Shown here: in pieces, positions 10,547 through 11,188 of the stretch
How positions within the stretch are numbered: position 1 is the stretch's first letter
Layout of the letters: every line of letters begins with the position of its first letter
Source of the DNA: a virus
Lineage: Duplodnaviria; Heunggongvirae; Uroviricota; Caudoviricetes
IMG/VR virus record: IMGVR_UViG_2740892258_000001
DNA: 11,188 nt
Strand: one strand, 5' to 3'
The notes under the pieces: generated by a model
Seen by the model: only the letters and a program-made list of their open reading frames with translations
Databases searched by the model: none
Told to the model about the DNA's origin: nothing
Translations under genes and position numbers: made by a program

Positions 10547-11188
10547 ATGGGGATTAAAAAGCGTGCTGCTGAACAGTACGCCGGTGCTGGACAGTGAGGG
10601 GAATACCAATATATCCGGCGTCACGGTGGTGTTCCGGGCAGGTGAGCAGGAGCAGTCACCGCCGGAGGGATTTGAATCCTCCGGCTCCGAGACGGTGCTG
10701 GGTACGGAAGTGAAATATGACACGCCGATCACCCGCACCATTACGTCGGCAAACATCGACCGTCTGCGCTTTACCTTCGGTGTACAGGCACTGGTGGAAA
10801 CCACCTCAAAGGGTGACAGGAATCCGTCGGAAGTCCGTCTGCTGGTTCAGATACAGCGTAATGGTGGCTGGGTGACGGAAAAAGACATCACCATTAAGGG
10901 CAAAACCACCTCGCAGTATCTGGCCTCGGTGGTGGTGGGTAACCTGCCGCCGCGCCCGTTCAATATACGGATGCGCAGGATGACGCCGGACAGCACCACA
11001 GACCAGCTGCAGAACAAAACGCTCTGGTCGTCATAACGCTGACGCTCGACCGTGAAATCACGCTGCCATCCTCCGGTACCACGCTGATAAGTCTGGTTGA
11101 CGGAAGTGGCAATCCGGTCAGCGTGGAGGTTCAGTCCGTCACCGACGGCGTGAAGGTGAAAGTGAGCCGTGTTCCTGACGGCGTTGCC
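10547..11188 (+). pseudogene. J: tail tip / host-specificity protein J homologue, fragmented by a 5' frameshifting lesion and an internal deletion; continues past the window end
   Basis: Canonical start ATG at 10547 with SD GGAG (10535..10538) reads MGIKKRAAEQYAGAGQ then stops at 10595..10597. The J body GLKSVLLNSTPVLDSEGNTNISGVTVVFRAGEQEQ...QLQNKTLWSS is in a different frame (10551..11033) and ends at TAA 11034..11036. From 11039 a third frame encodes LTLDREITLPSSGTTLISLVDGSGNPVSVEVQSVTDGVKVKVSRVPDGVA, which in lambda J lies about 300 residues further on. Confidence 0.8.

Overview
This window is the cos-proximal morphogenesis region of a lambda-like (lambdoid siphovirus) genome in prophage or circular/concatemeric configuration. 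It holds about 0.8 kb of phage right-end sequence, an intact cos site (cosN plus cosB with R3/R2/R1), and then a complete co-directional packaging/head gene block with lambda gene order and sizes: Nu1, A, W, B, C with nested Nu3, D, E, FI, FII, Z, U. Directly after U the tail module is grossly abnormal. The genes that lie between U and I in lambda (V, G/T, H, M, L, K) are absent, with the U stop only 23 nt from the I start. The I homologue is split by a perfect 56-bp tandem duplication. The J homologue has a frameshifting 5' lesion and a large internal deletion, and runs off the window end. I saw no rRNA, tRNA, CRISPR array, IS element or novel defence-type cassette; the most interesting signal is the head-intact, tail-ablated architecture. 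All identifications rest on my recognition of the translated ORFs against phage lambda proteins and coordinates as I remember them; no database search or alignment was run.
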